64,000 nt of DNA, from NCBI GenBank assembly GCA_963707505.1, contig CAVPQB010000004.1, positions 160,001 through 224,000 on the forward strand, written 5' to 3'. The translations under genes and the position numbers were made by a program. Of the stretch, positions 39,718-50,980 are shown piece by piece. Within the stretch, counting starts at the first letter, position 1. Each line of letters starts with the position of its first letter. The DNA is from an uncultured Gemmatimonadales bacterium. Lineage in GTDB: Bacteria; Gemmatimonadota; Gemmatimonadetes; Gemmatimonadales; Gemmatimonadaceae. The notes under the pieces were generated by a model, which was not told the origin of the DNA, searched no databases, and was given only the letters and a program-made list of their open reading frames with translations.

Positions 39718-41340
39718 TTACTTACGACGCGCTGCCTGCTGCCTCACCACGTGAAAGTTGGCGTCCACTTCCGTCATTCGGTACGGATACATCCAGTGGG
39801 AGTAATACATCGTGTTCGGGAGCGGCTTGAGATCGGTGTTGAAGTAGTAATCGAACACATACCGCAACACGTTCACGATGCTGGTCGAATCCGGAATCAC
39901 GCCAGCAGGACTGCCGGGAAGATAGTACGCCCCGAACGGTCTGAACCGTTCTCTGGCCTGGTCCGTGTTCGGAAGCGCCGTATAGCTCACGAACTGCTTC
40001 AGTGATTGTGACCCGTGGTCGCCCTGAAGAATGATGATCGGCTGCACTGACGACCTGGCGATCAGCGCATGCACCATCCTGAGCGTCTGGTTGTTGAGAC
40101 AGTTCAGCTCCCCCGAGAGCCCGGTAGTGCCAGGAGACCTGACCAGCGGCGCGCACGCGGAATCGACCTTGAAGCCCAGGTGCGGCATCAGCACGTGCAC
40201 AAAGGTAAAAGTAGGACGTGGGTCCGCAGCGATCGACGGGACGCCGGCAAAGTCACGCATTTCGTGTTCGGCGTCCACCGCGTTCTCGGTCGCCATCCGT
40301 GGCAGGAGCTTGCTGAATATCGTCATGTTGGCGAAATATTGCGCGATCCACGAACGGTGCACCGCGCGCGCCACGCTGAAGTGCTTGTACGGATCGTACT
40401 GCTCGTCCGCATCGCTGTTCGTCAGAGTCGGCGAGTACCATGCGGAAGGAAAGAACACGAACCTGTAGCCCTGCGACTTGAGGAATCGCTCTGCCCGGTT
40501 GTGCTCCATCAGGTATGCTACTGGCGTGAAGTCCTTCGAACCGGGGCTCATGACCCTGGCGATCGGTTGCATCTGCGCGAAGTTCAGGAGCGACGCGATG
40601 GACAGAAGCGTATTGGCGTAGTTGCTGCGCAGATCGCGCGGAATCTGGAATCCCAGTGCGCGCAGGCTATCCTCGAACGGCCTGTTATCGTAGCCATATC
40701 GCTCGCGATATACGTCGGTCGCCGCATATTCATCTAGCAGAATGACGTAGATGTCACGCTTCGGCGCGCGAGCCGCGTTGCTCGACCGTCCATCCGACCC
40801 CACGTCGGCCACACGCATCGGAACGGGACGCGCGAGGTTCTGGACCAGCTCGCTGCGGTGAAGCGCGACGATGTCACTGATCTCGTCGTACGCCAATCGC
40901 CCGACCGAGACGCAAGCCAGAATTCCGCCCGTCAGCACAAGGAAGCGACTGACGGTGTCCATCGACGGAAGCTTGCGTTGCATGCCACGCTTCTTCGCGA
41001 AGTAGCACGCGGCGGCGATCGCGACAACGACCGCCAGAAAGTACACGGGATGTGCAGCAGCCCAACCCTTCGTGGCGCCGAGCGGCAGCGGCTTGTAGAA
41101 ATAGAACAACGCGATCGCAACCAGAGTTACAAGCGCAGCTACGTCGGGGCCTGACTCCGAGCGCGTCAGCATGCGAATGATCGCGTACGTGATGCCGTAC
41201 AGCAGCGCGACCGCTACCATCGCAGCCGCACACAGCACGACCACGTCGATCAATCTGTAATACCCGGGATTGTTGGCCGCGACCCCGATAATCGGGAAGA
41301 TCGCGAACAGGATCGGATATGCCCGGCGCAACCACCTCAT
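39718..41340 (-). CDS. Membrane-anchored sulfatase-like hydrolase/transferase
   Basis: About 5 N-terminal TM helices; DIYVILLDEYA, SNYANT, FVHVLMPH, IIILQGDHG. Confidence 0.82.
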   Translation of the reverse strand: MRWLRRAYPILFAIFPIIGVAANNPGYYRLIDVVVLCAAAMVAVALLYGITYAIIRMLTRSESGPDVAALVTLVAIALFYFYKPLPLGATKGWAAAHPVYFLAVVVAIAAACYFAKKRGMQRKLPSMDTVSRFLVLTGGILACVSVGRLAYDEISDIVALHRSELVQNLARPVPMRVADVGSDGRSSNAARAPKRDIYVILLDEYAATDVYRERYGYDNRPFEDSLRALGFQIPRDLRSNYANTLLSIASLLNFAQMQPIARVMSPGSKDFTPVAYLMEHNRAERFLKSQGYRFVFFPSAWYSPTLTNSDADEQYDPYKHFSVARAVHRSWIAQYFANMTIFSKLLPRMATENAVDAEHEMRDFAGVPSIAADPRPTFTFVHVLMPHLGFKVDSACAPLVRSPGTTGLSGELNCLNNQTLRMVHALIARSSVQPIIILQGDHGSQSLKQFVSYTALPNTDQARERFRPFGAYYLPGSPAGVIPDSTSIVNVLRYVFDYYFNTDLKPLPNTMYYSHWMYPYRMTEVDANFHVVRQQAARRK

Positions 41341-42800
41341 GTCAAAAGCTCCCTTCGACCCCTCATCGAGTACAGCCATCTGCGCGCATCGCCCACCTGC
41401 TCGCATTCGCCGATGTCGAAGTACGCCGCGAACGCCGTCTCGAACCCGTCCTTCGTGTAGTCATCGAAGATGTCGGCGCGATTGCGAAGAAGGCGCACAA
41501 CCTGTGAGTCATTCTTGTCAACGAACTCGATGATGAGATTGCGTCCGAGTCGGGCCAGGAATGCGGCGACGTGACCGAGGGGCACGTTGTTGCCGATTGC
41601 CAGATGATGCACAAGAGCGAGCGCCATCACGACGTCGGCAGGTCCTCGCTCCTCGAGCGACATTCGCTCCGCGTGCGCCCAGCCCAGAGCGGGCGATGGA
41701 TTGGTGAGATCGATGAGAAGCGGCAGAATCCCCGTCTCGCTTTGCAGCCGCACGGTTCGGTAGTTTCGCTCCACGGCAGCGGGGTCGATGTCGAACGATA
41801 TGACGAGCGGTGCAATCTCTCGCGCGACACGCGAGTACACACCGGTATTGGCGCCGATGTCCCACACCACCGCAGGGTTGGATTCGCGAAGGTAACGACG
41901 GATGGTGTCCTGCTTGCTCGCGACCGCTGCGTCACTGTAGTTCGTGTCCTGGACGTAGTTCGCCCACTGCGTGCCGTCAGGCTGCCACGTGAGCCGCTCG
42001 ATCGCCTCGCTCAGGTTCTCGCTAAGCGCGACGAGTGCTGGCTTCGCCATCCTGCGCGTGCCGACAGCCGATGAGACCTTGGTCTCCGAATACTTTCGCT
42101 GCGCGCGAGCGTGCATGTGGATGTGCAGCAACGCCCGTATGTCCCCCCAACTTCTCCGCGGCAACATCTCGCTCCCAAAATCGAGCGGGATCCCGTCAAG
42201 GTATTCGCGCAGCAGCAACCCGAAGCGTATGTCGCGACGGGCCATGAGCATTAGCGGTACCAGAAAGTGCTGGCAGAATTGCTTGTACGCGATCCACGGC
42301 TCCCCGTCGCGATAGCGCTCGAACGACAGCGTGTCCATGAACACTGGGCGCCCATCGACGAACTGGACGTTGTATGCACTGGCATCGCGCAGAACGAAGC
42401 CCCGCTCGAGCGCACGCGAATGGACGGCGAGCGTCAACAGTGCGGCGTCCTTCAGCTCTCCGAAGCACCATTCGTAGGGATATGATATGAATGGGAGGCG
42501 CTCCGGCTCGAGCACCGCGTACGCATCCGTCGTGAGCGCCAGCGCTACGTCAACCGATGCATGCCGGACCAGCAGCCGATCGGCCACGAGCTCGTCGTAC
42601 AGGCCGGATGACGAGCATGCATCGAATTCATCCGCGAAGACCCGGTTGACCTGCCGGTACAGCACACCATTCCGGTCGAAAACAAATCCACTAGGGTCTC
42701 GGAATGACGCCCCGAGTCGCGTCAAGCTACCGGTGGTGTCTGTTGAAGAGCGACACGAAGAAAGCCTTGGTTGCTCTGCGCGCACGACGCATGGAGGCAA
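41337..42800 (-). CDS. SAM-dependent methyltransferase, NoeA-like (true start probably ~42730)
   Basis: SFRDPSGFVF, FISYPYEWCF, LRDASAYNVQF, VWDIGANTG, ALALVHHLAIGNNVP. Confidence 0.88.
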   Translation of the reverse strand: MPPCVVRAEQPRLSSCRSSTDTTGSLTRLGASFRDPSGFVFDRNGVLYRQVNRVFADEFDACSSSGLYDELVADRLLVRHASVDVALALTTDAYAVLEPERLPFISYPYEWCFGELKDAALLTLAVHSRALERGFVLRDASAYNVQFVDGRPVFMDTLSFERYRDGEPWIAYKQFCQHFLVPLMLMARRDIRFGLLLREYLDGIPLDFGSEMLPRRSWGDIRALLHIHMHARAQRKYSETKVSSAVGTRRMAKPALVALSENLSEAIERLTWQPDGTQWANYVQDTNYSDAAVASKQDTIRRYLRESNPAVVWDIGANTGVYSRVAREIAPLVISFDIDPAAVERNYRTVRLQSETGILPLLIDLTNPSPALGWAHAERMSLEERGPADVVMALALVHHLAIGNNVPLGHVAAFLARLGRNLIIEFVDKNDSQVVRLLRNRADIFDDYTKDGFETAFAAYFDIGECEQVGDARRWLYSMRGRRELLT

Positions 42801-42960
42801 GCGCCGAGATGACTCCAGCGATTACTATCTGGAGGACGAGACTGCCTGCTGCGGGATCGATATACATCAGAACTCCCGATTGGTGGTAAAGCTTCGAGGT
42901 CCGAGTGGGAAGATAACGTACGATGATCCAGCCAGGATCACAACGTCGTTACCGTACCCT

Positions 42961-43206
42961 TCAATTTCGCGACGCCCACCGTACGTATCGTTCCGCATCG
43001 TCTGCCGACGGGAGCGAATCGGGCGATCCGTACGCCGTGTCCATGCGCCAGCGTACATACTCCCGATCCGGAATCGGGAGAAATGGCGGGCGCCGGTACC
43101 AGTGCCGATTCCGGAAGCGCCAACTCACTCGCGCGAGATCGACTGCCAACGTCGGGCGACGCAGTGAGCGTGCGCCGAGCGCGAGGGCCAGTCTCAATAT
43201 GGACAT
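42961..43206 (-). CDS. Small hypothetical protein
   Basis: MSILRLALALG...WYRRPPFLPIPDREYVRWRMDTAYG; protein-like composition. Confidence 0.65.
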   Translation of the reverse strand: MSILRLALALGARSLRRPTLAVDLARVSWRFRNRHWYRRPPFLPIPDREYVRWRMDTAYGSPDSLPSADDAERYVRWASRN

Positions 43207-43314
43207 GCCCCAATTTAGACATGCAGCGCACGCGGTGAGGCGACTGCTACGCCGGCTGCGGCGGCGACTGGTACGCCGGCTGCACTTCTCGTTAGCGTAC
43301 ACTTCCGCCTAGCT

Positions 43315-43815
43315 TTGGACGATGTACCGCTACTTGGTCCCCCAGTGATCAGACTGGGGCTCATCTCTGACACGCACGGCCTTCTGAGGCCGGCGGTCCA
43401 TTCGGCCTTCGCCGGCGTCGACCTGATCCTTCATGCCGGCGACGTCTGCGGTGACGATATCCTGCATGAGCTGAGGACCATCGCCCCGGTCCACGCAGTC
43501 GCTGGAAATTGCGATCCCCTCGGCGATCCGAATCTCCCGTTGTCTTTCGAACAAACGTTCGAAAACCTCCGCCTGCACATGAGTCATGGCAATGAGCTCG
43601 GTCGCCCCAAGCCGGAGCAACTGCTCAGGGCCTACCCGAACGCGGACATCATAGTATACGGCCACACCCACAAACAGCTGATCTTCGACCTTGCCGGCCG
43701 CATGGCGGTGAATCCGGGCGCCGCAGGTGCTCGACGATTCGACCTCGCTCCCAGCGTCGCCGTCATGACGATCTCCGAGGGTCGAATCGCCGTGGAACTG
43801 GTCGAGCTCGAGTGA
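43315..43815 (+). CDS. YfcE/MJ0936-family metallophosphoesterase
   Basis: ISDTHG, HAGDV, GNCD, SHG, YGHTH, NPGA. Confidence 0.93.
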   Translation: MDDVPLLGPPVIRLGLISDTHGLLRPAVHSAFAGVDLILHAGDVCGDDILHELRTIAPVHAVAGNCDPLGDPNLPLSFEQTFENLRLHMSHGNELGRPKPEQLLRAYPNADIIVYGHTHKQLIFDLAGRMAVNPGAAGARRFDLAPSVAVMTISEGRIAVELVELE

Positions 43816-43886
43816 TCGCGGAGTGATCGCGAGTGATCGCGCGAGTGATTGCGCGCATGATTGCGCGGGCGATTGCGTGAACGATG
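43810..43886. repeat. Degenerate 10-12-bp tandem repeat at a gene junction
   Basis: gagtgatcgcg gagtgatcgc gagtgatcgcgc gagtgattgcgc gcatgattgcgc gggcgattgcg. Confidence 0.85.
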
Positions 43887-44443
43887 CGGTCCGGCCGTTG
43901 GGCGGCGATGAGGTGCGCGTTCTCACGCTCGACAGTGGAGACAGCGCAACGGCTCGCGACGCGACGCGACGCGTGCTCGCCGTACTGCTCGGTACGTCAT
44001 CGGAAAAAATAGAATTGTACGATGCGCCCAAGGGAAAGCCGTTGCTGCGCAACGATCCAGCGCTGCACTTCTCGATCTCACACTCGCACGACGTATCGAT
44101 GATCGCGGTGACACGCGTGGCTCCGGTCGGTGTCGACATCGAACAGCTGCGTGCTGTGCCGAATGCCGAGACGATTCTGCGGCGGTTTTTCACGCACGAA
44201 GAAATCGAGACGATTCTCACCGACGACAATCGTGAGCTGCGCTTTATGGAAGCGTGGACCCGATCCGAGGCCCGCGTCAAGGTGCGCGGCGCAAGTGTCT
44301 GGGAAGCAGCGACTCCTGATCCAAATGCGACAGTCCGCGCACTGCACGCGCCTGATGGATTTGCTGCTTCCGTAGCCGTGGCGAATCCTGCGTGGACAAT
44401 CACACAGTACAACATTTCGGTGACGGACATCGTAGCTCTCTAG
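43823..44443 (+). CDS. 4'-phosphopantetheinyl transferase, Sfp-type (start possibly 43877)
   Basis: PKGKP, HFSISHS, VGVDIEQ, FMEAWTRSEARVK. Confidence 0.88.
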   Translation: MIASDRASDCAHDCAGDCVNDAVRPLGGDEVRVLTLDSGDSATARDATRRVLAVLLGTSSEKIELYDAPKGKPLLRNDPALHFSISHSHDVSMIAVTRVAPVGVDIEQLRAVPNAETILRRFFTHEEIETILTDDNRELRFMEAWTRSEARVKVRGASVWEAATPDPNATVRALHAPDGFAASVAVANPAWTITQYNISVTDIVAL

Positions 44444-44537
44444 ACCGATCAGCATGGACAGGGCGTGCGTTGTGTTCCATACTTCCCGACGCAAACCGTG
44501 TGCAAACTGTTCATGTTCCACCCGTCAGCGAGATCTC

Positions 44538-47500
44538 ATGCCCCGTCTCACGTCATTCTGTATCGCTGCTCTTGCAGCAGCGGCGCTCAGCACTACCGTT
44601 GGCGCCCAGTCACCCACGATATTCGACAACGCCCACTCCGATCTGCGCTATCGCATGGTTGGACCGGATCGCGGTGGACGCGTAACCGCCGTAACGGGCG
44701 TTGCCTCCGAGCCGCGCACTTTCTACATGGGCGTCGCGAGCGGCGGCCTGTGGAAGACCACTGATGCAGGCGCAACGTGGATTCCGATCTCCGACGGAAA
44801 GATTCCGGTCGGCTCGATGGGATCGATCGATGTTTCGCAATCGAATCCGAACATCATCTACGTTGGTACCGGATCGGACGACATCCGCAGCAACGTCTCG
44901 ACAGGACGGGGCGTGTACAAATCGACCGACGCCGGCGCGACATGGAGCTTCGCTGGGCTGCGTGATGCGGGACAGATCGGCGGTGTGCGCATCGATCCAT
45001 CCAATCCGGACATCGTGTACGTCGCAGCAATCGGCAACGCGTTCACGTCCAATGCGGAGCGCGGCGTCTTTCGCACGAGGAATGGCGGCAAGACGTGGGA
45101 CAAGGTGCTCTTCATCTCCGACAGCACAGGCGCAGCGGACATAGAGTTTCAACCTGGTAATTCCAGGGTCATCTATGCGTCGATGTGGCAGGGAGTGCGC
45201 AAGCCCTGGGCAATTCTGAGCGGAGGGCACGAGGGTGGTCTCTACAAGAGCACCGATGGTGGAGATCACTGGACCAAAATGGCAGGAGGTCTTCCGTCTG
45301 ATCTGTTCGGCAAGAGCAATATCGCCGTCACGGCGGCGAATCCGAATCGCGTATACGCGCTGATCGAGGCAAAGCCAGGCGGCGGTCTGTATCGCTCCGA
45401 CGACGCGGGCGAGCACTGGTCCCTGACCAGCTCCAATCCGCAGCTGATCACGCGCCCGTTCTACTACGTCACGCTCGCGGCAGATCCTACCAACGCAGAC
45501 GTCGTGTACGGAGGCGCCGAGAATTTTTACAAGTCGACCGACGGCGGCAGGAATTTCAAGTCAGTGCGCGTTCCTCACGGTGACAACCACGACATGTGGA
45601 TCAGCCCGAAGGACGGCAACGTGATGATCCAGGCGAACGACGGCGGCGCGAATGTGTCGCTCGATGGCGGACTCACCTGGTCCACGCAATTCAATCAACC
45701 GACCGCTGAGATTTATGCGGTGTCGATCGACAACCAGTTTCCGTATCGGCTGTACGGCGCACAACAGGACAACACGACGTTGATCGTGCCCGGTCTGCCG
45801 CTCAACAGTGGACAGGAAGAGGAGTGGCGCGGCGGACCCGGTTGCGAGACCGGACCGATCATGCCGCACATCACCAACCCCGATACGGTTTACGGATCGT
45901 GCAAGGGACAGTTCAGCCGCATGTCGCTGCGGACCGGTCAGGAAAAGCAATACTGGGTCGGAGCACAGTCACTGTATGGAAGCGTGCCGGGCGATCTCAT
46001 CTACCGTTTTCAGCGCGTGTCGCCGCTGGAGCTGTCCCCGCACGATTCGCACGTGATCTATTACGGATCGCAGTACGTGCATCGCACGCGCGACGAGGGT
46101 GTGACGTGGGAGCGGATCAGTCCGGATCTCACGGCGCACGATCCGCGCTATCTCAACGCAGTGAGCGGCGGTCCGATCACTCGCGACGTTACAGGCGAGG
46201 AAGTGTACGCCACACTGTACGTGATCCGCGAATCCCCGCTGCAGAAGGGCCTGATCTGGACCGGATCCAACGATGGTCCGGTCTACGTAACCCGCGACGA
46301 TGGGAAGACGTGGACCAACGTCACGCCGAAGGATCTGCCACCTGGCGGTCGCGTACAGACGATCGATCCGTCGCCGCATCGCCCGGGCTCGGCGTACATC
46401 GCCGTCTATCGTTACCTGCTCGGCGATTTCGCACCGTACATCTATCGTACCGATGACTACGGCAAGTCGTGGACGCGCCTCACCGACGGAACCAACGGAA
46501 TAGCGAAGGACGAGCCGACACGCGTGGTGCGTGAAGATCCGTCGCGCGCCGGTCTGCTGTACGCAGGCACGGAGTTCGGCATGTATGTGTCGCTCGACAA
46601 CGGAGGCCACTGGCTGCCGTTCCAGTTCAATCTTCCGGCGACTCCGATCACAGACATCAACGTGCACCAGAAGGATCTGGTGTTGTCCACGCAGGGCAGG
46701 TCGTTCTGGATCATGGATGATCTGACTCCATTGCATCAGTGGAGTGATGCGATTGCATCATCCAGCGCGCATCTCTTCAAGCCGCGTGATGCGTATCGCA
46801 TGCATTACAGGGCAAATCCCGTTTCGATATCCGCGCGCGGGAACAGTGCGTCTGCGCCGCAGTATCCGCAGCCGGGCGCAATGATCGACTATTACTTCGC
46901 GAAGGAGCCCCAGGGCGAAGTGAAGCTCGACATACTCGACGCGAGCGGGAAGGTCGTGCGCACGTTCACGACCGCCGCCGCCAACGAGCGGACGCGTGAA
47001 CCGCAGGGCAACGAAGATCAGGACGAGGACGCGCCGCGTCGGCGCTCCGGTCCCGTCAACATCACGAAGCACCAGGGGATGAACCGCTTCACGTGGGATC
47101 TTGGCTATCCTGGTCCGCGCCAGAGTGCTTCGCGTCCAGCCGGCGGTGGCGGCCCCACTGCCGTACCGGGTGCGTACAGGGTTCGTCTCACCGTCGCCGC
47201 GTCGGGAAGCGATGCCGCGTGGACGGCGACACAGCCTCTCGTCGTGAAGCCGGATCCGCGTATCACGCGTGACGGCGTGACGGTCGCCGACATGCAACAG
47301 CAGTTCGATCACAACATGCGCGTACGTGATCTTGTGACGGACGTAAATCTTGCGGTCGCGCGCGTTCGCGAAGCACGTACGCGGCTCAAGGGCGCCACGG
47401 GCGCTGCAGCCGATACACTGCAACAGCTCGACGCCATCGCAGCGAAGCTCGAAACGCCTCCTATCCGTTACAGCAAGCCGGAGCTGCAGGGCAACATCAC

Positions 47501-47651
47501 CTACCTGTACGGCATGACCAATGGCGCCGATCAGAAGATCGGGCGTGACGCGGTCGACCGGTATCGCACGCTCCGCTCGGCGCTCGATGTCCAGCTCGCG
47601 GGCCTTAACAGACTGCTCGGTCCGGCGCCCGTTGGAGGTGCCGGCCGATAG
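44538..47651 (+). CDS. Secreted VPS10/sortilin-like BNR-repeat protein (putative glycosyl hydrolase)
   Basis: Signal peptide; GPDRGGRVTAV; many Asp-boxes (SxDxGxxW); HGDNH, PTAEIY. Confidence 0.9.
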   Translation: MPRLTSFCIAALAAAALSTTVGAQSPTIFDNAHSDLRYRMVGPDRGGRVTAVTGVASEPRTFYMGVASGGLWKTTDAGATWIPISDGKIPVGSMGSIDVSQSNPNIIYVGTGSDDIRSNVSTGRGVYKSTDAGATWSFAGLRDAGQIGGVRIDPSNPDIVYVAAIGNAFTSNAERGVFRTRNGGKTWDKVLFISDSTGAADIEFQPGNSRVIYASMWQGVRKPWAILSGGHEGGLYKSTDGGDHWTKMAGGLPSDLFGKSNIAVTAANPNRVYALIEAKPGGGLYRSDDAGEHWSLTSSNPQLITRPFYYVTLAADPTNADVVYGGAENFYKSTDGGRNFKSVRVPHGDNHDMWISPKDGNVMIQANDGGANVSLDGGLTWSTQFNQPTAEIYAVSIDNQFPYRLYGAQQDNTTLIVPGLPLNSGQEEEWRGGPGCETGPIMPHITNPDTVYGSCKGQFSRMSLRTGQEKQYWVGAQSLYGSVPGDLIYRFQRVSPLELSPHDSHVIYYGSQYVHRTRDEGVTWERISPDLTAHDPRYLNAVSGGPITRDVTGEEVYATLYVIRESPLQKGLIWTGSNDGPVYVTRDDGKTWTNVTPKDLPPGGRVQTIDPSPHRPGSAYIAVYRYLLGDFAPYIYRTDDYGKSWTRLTDGTNGIAKDEPTRVVREDPSRAGLLYAGTEFGMYVSLDNGGHWLPFQFNLPATPITDINVHQKDLVLSTQGRSFWIMDDLTPLHQWSDAIASSSAHLFKPRDAYRMHYRANPVSISARGNSASAPQYPQPGAMIDYYFAKEPQGEVKLDILDASGKVVRTFTTAAANERTREPQGNEDQDEDAPRRRSGPVNITKHQGMNRFTWDLGYPGPRQSASRPAGGGGPTAVPGAYRVRLTVAASGSDAAWTATQPLVVKPDPRITRDGVTVADMQQQFDHNMRVRDLVTDVNLAVARVREARTRLKGATGAAADTLQQLDAIAAKLETPPIRYSKPELQGNITYLYGMTNGADQKIGRDAVDRYRTLRSALDVQLAGLNRLLGPAPVGGAGR

Positions 47652-47652
47652 T

Positions 47653-47682
47653 TCATGCATTAAATCTTTATATAATCTTGCC
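47653..47682 (+). promoter_or_regulatory. AT-rich putative promoter for the SusC operon
   Basis: TATAAT at 47671-47676 in an AT-rich patch ~135 bp upstream of the SusC start. Confidence 0.4.
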
Positions 47683-47808
47683 CTTCTGTGGTACCCTGGT
47701 GAAGTTTGAGCGCTGAGTCCCGCCGGTCGTCGAGAGCGGGAGGAACAACATCTGTTTCCTCCCGCTCCGCGATCCGGTCCCGAACCAGCCATAGCCAGGA
47801 GCAGGTCC

Positions 47809-50800
47809 ATGAGGTTGTATCGTCGAGCGTGGTATTCCGGTCTCGCGATGTCGCTATTCGCCGCACTCGCTCCCGGCCTGGCCGGCGCGCAGGGGGCAAC
47901 CAATCCCGCATCACGCATCACGGGCGTCGTCACTGATTCGGTAGGAAATCATCCCGTTGCTGGAGTTCAGGTGACGGTGACTGGTGGGCGCCTGGGTGCG
48001 ATAACCGACGCCGAAGGCCGCTACACCATCAACGGTGTGGCACCCGGAACGCACACGATCGACGCGCGTCGGCTTGGTTTCAAGCCACTGACTCGTCCTG
48101 GCATCGTCGTAAACGAGGGCGCCGCGACAACGCTGAATCTTCACATCGTATCAGTGCCTCTGATGCTCGAAGCGGTCGTGAGCACAGGCGTCGTCGATCC
48201 GACGAGCGGCACGCGCGTTCCGTTCACGGTCGGACGCGTGGACGCGGAGAACGCACCGGTACCATCGGCCAATGCGGTCGAAACGATTCAGGGCAAGATC
48301 GCCGGCGTCACGGTGGTGCCGAGTGGTCAGCCTGGTACGGGGACGAACATCGTTCTGCGTTCGCCGACGAGCATCAACAAGTCCAACTCACCGCTCATCG
48401 TGGTCGACGGCGTGATTCTCAGCCAGGCATTCGACGGATCGACTGCTGATCTCGAGTCGCTCGACATCGAAAGCGTCGAAGTCGTGAAGGGCGCCGCGGC
48501 GGCATCGCTGTACGGTTCGCGCGCATCCTCCGGCGTGATTCAGATTCGGACCAAGCGCGGTGCGAGCCTGCCCGAAGGACCCACACACATCACGGTGCGC
48601 TCCGAGATCGGAACGAGCTCGATCGCGAACAAGAAGCACTGGGCCAAGTACCACTACTACATGGTCGATTCTGCGGCGACGACGTATCTCAACGCCGCGG
48701 GTGCACCGGTGGATCGCGCGGCACGCGTCCCGAAGCCGATCTTCTCGCGATTCCAGGACAGTCGCTACCCGGACCCCACGTACGACCAGATCCAGCGCTT
48801 TTTCGATCCCGGTCAGACGTACAAGAACTCCGTGACGATGGCGCAGAATGGCGGCCGCACCAACTGGCTGTTGTCGCTCGTCAACTCCAGTCAGGACGGC
48901 GTGGTGCTGAACGCAGGCACGTATGGCCAGAACGACGTGCGATTGAACCTCGATCACCAGCTCCGTGATGATCTGGCGCATATCGTTCAGCGGATTTCGG
49001 AAGCAGATCCAAGCGCCGCGACCTCAACGGCAACACGTTCTTCCAGCTGATCAATCAGGCGCCGGACGTGAATCTGCTTCAGCCGGATCCGGATGGAACG
49101 CCGTACATCTTCCAGCCGGACCCGCGAGGGCCGTGAGCCGAATCCGCTCTACGTGCTCGCAACGCAAGATCAGAGAGCGCGAGCGCACGCACACTCGGGC
49201 AGCATCGAGGCGCGCTACAGGCCGCTGTCATGGCTCAGCTTCGACGCCAACGTGAGCTACGACCGGTCCGATCGTCGCATCACCTACTTCCTCGATCAGG
49301 GGCTCAAGACGCGAACGTTCGGACGCGGGCGACCCGGGTCAGATCACACAGACGCACGGCACGACCGACGCGCTCAACGCCTCGATCAGCGCGAACCTGC
49401 TCGGCCACTTCGGCGCTGACACTGCGCAGCACGTTGCGCGCGCTGATCGAGCGCGAGAGCAACTCGGTCGACCACCGCCGACGGAACCAACTTCTCGGCA
49501 CCGGGCGTGCGCAGCCTGGACAACGCGCAGAACCGATTCGTGTCCTCGACGCTCGAGAGCGTCCGCTCGACCGGCTACTTCGGCACGCTCGGCGCCAACT
49601 ACGGCGACCACTACATCTTCGACGGCCTCGTTCGTCGCGACGGCAGCTCGCTGTTCGGCCCGAAGAGCGCTGGAACACGTACTACCGCTGGAGCGGCTCG
49701 TACCGCATGGCGCCGGAGTCGTGGTGGCCGTTCAAGGGGATGATCAACGAGTTCAAGCTGCGCGTCTCGCGCGGCACGGCCGGCGGCCGCCCGAGCTTCG
49801 ACGACCAGTTCGAGACGTACGACTTCACCGCTGGCGGCGGTCGTCGCGAAGACCACGCTCGGCAACAGGCGCTCAAGCCGGAGCTGTCGACGGAGACCGA
49901 GTTCGGCTCGACATGATCATGAAGGATCGCTTCTCGGTGCAGCTGTCGTACGCGAAGAACAAAGTCACGGATCAGCTGCATCCAGATCCCGCTACCCGGT
50001 GTCTACGGCTACACCACGCAGTGGCAGAACGCCGGTACCGTGGAAGGGCAACACGATCGAGGCAACGTTCGAGGCGCAGATGTTCGCGGCGCCCAAGCTC
50101 ACGTGGCGCTGGGCCTCGTCGCCGATCGCTCGCGCAACAAGATCACCGAGTTCGATCGTGTCCTGCTTCACGACCAAGACGATCGCGTATCGCTGCGCCG
50201 GCGAGACGCTCGGCACGATGTACGGTTTCGCATTCGCTCAAGCAGGCCGCGGCGACTTCCAGCCGGCTGCGCAGGCGCGCGCCTCGGAGTTCCAGGTCAA
50301 CGACGACGGCCTGCTCGTCTGGGTCGGCCCCGGCAACACGTACACGGAAGGCGAGACAAAGAAGCTGTGGGGAACCAGCACGACGATCGGCACGACCAAC
50401 TACGGCTGGGGCATGCCGATTCTGGCCGCAGGATCCGACGGGCAACACCGCAGTCCGGAAAATCGGCGACGGCAACGCCGCGCTTCCACTACGGCGTCTC
50501 GAACAACGTCACCTGGCACGATCTGCAGTTCTACGCGCTTCTGGACGTCAATGTCGGCGGCAACGTCTACAACCAGACCAACCAGCGCATGTACCAGTAC
50601 GGACGTAGCAGCGACGTCGATCAGGCGGGCAAGCCGCAGGAAGACTGAAGAAGATCGTCGGACTACTACGTCGAACCTGTATTCGGCGAACAATCCGATC
50701 GATTACTTCGTCGAGGACGCCGGCTTCGTGAAGCTGCGCGAGGTCTCGTGCGCTATCAGCTGCCACGGCAGCTTTGTCGGGAGCATTGTCGAAGCGTCGG

Positions 50801-50960
50801 CGCCTCGGGCGCATCGCTGTCGCTCATCGGCCGTAACGTGCTCACCTGGACCAACTACAAGGGCTACGACCCCGAGGTTGGTACTCCGAACGTCCGCCTC
50901 GACAGCTACGACTATCCGCGCTACCGAACGTTCACCAGCAGCGTCGAGATCAACTTCTGA
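47809..50960 (+). CDS. SusC/RagA family TonB-dependent transporter (many frameshifts at 48970-50810)
   Basis: Carboxypeptidase-reg-like N-domain, PLIVVDGV, DIESVEVVKGAAAASLYGSRA, RRDGSSLFG, LKPE, VEDAGFVKLREV, YKGYDPE, terminal EINF. Confidence 0.9.
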
Positions 50961-50980
50961 TGGCGACCCGGAGATACGAC

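Noticed and set aside
43823..44443. PPTase as marker of an NRPS/PKS cluster
   Set aside because: No carrier-protein or synthetase genes in the window
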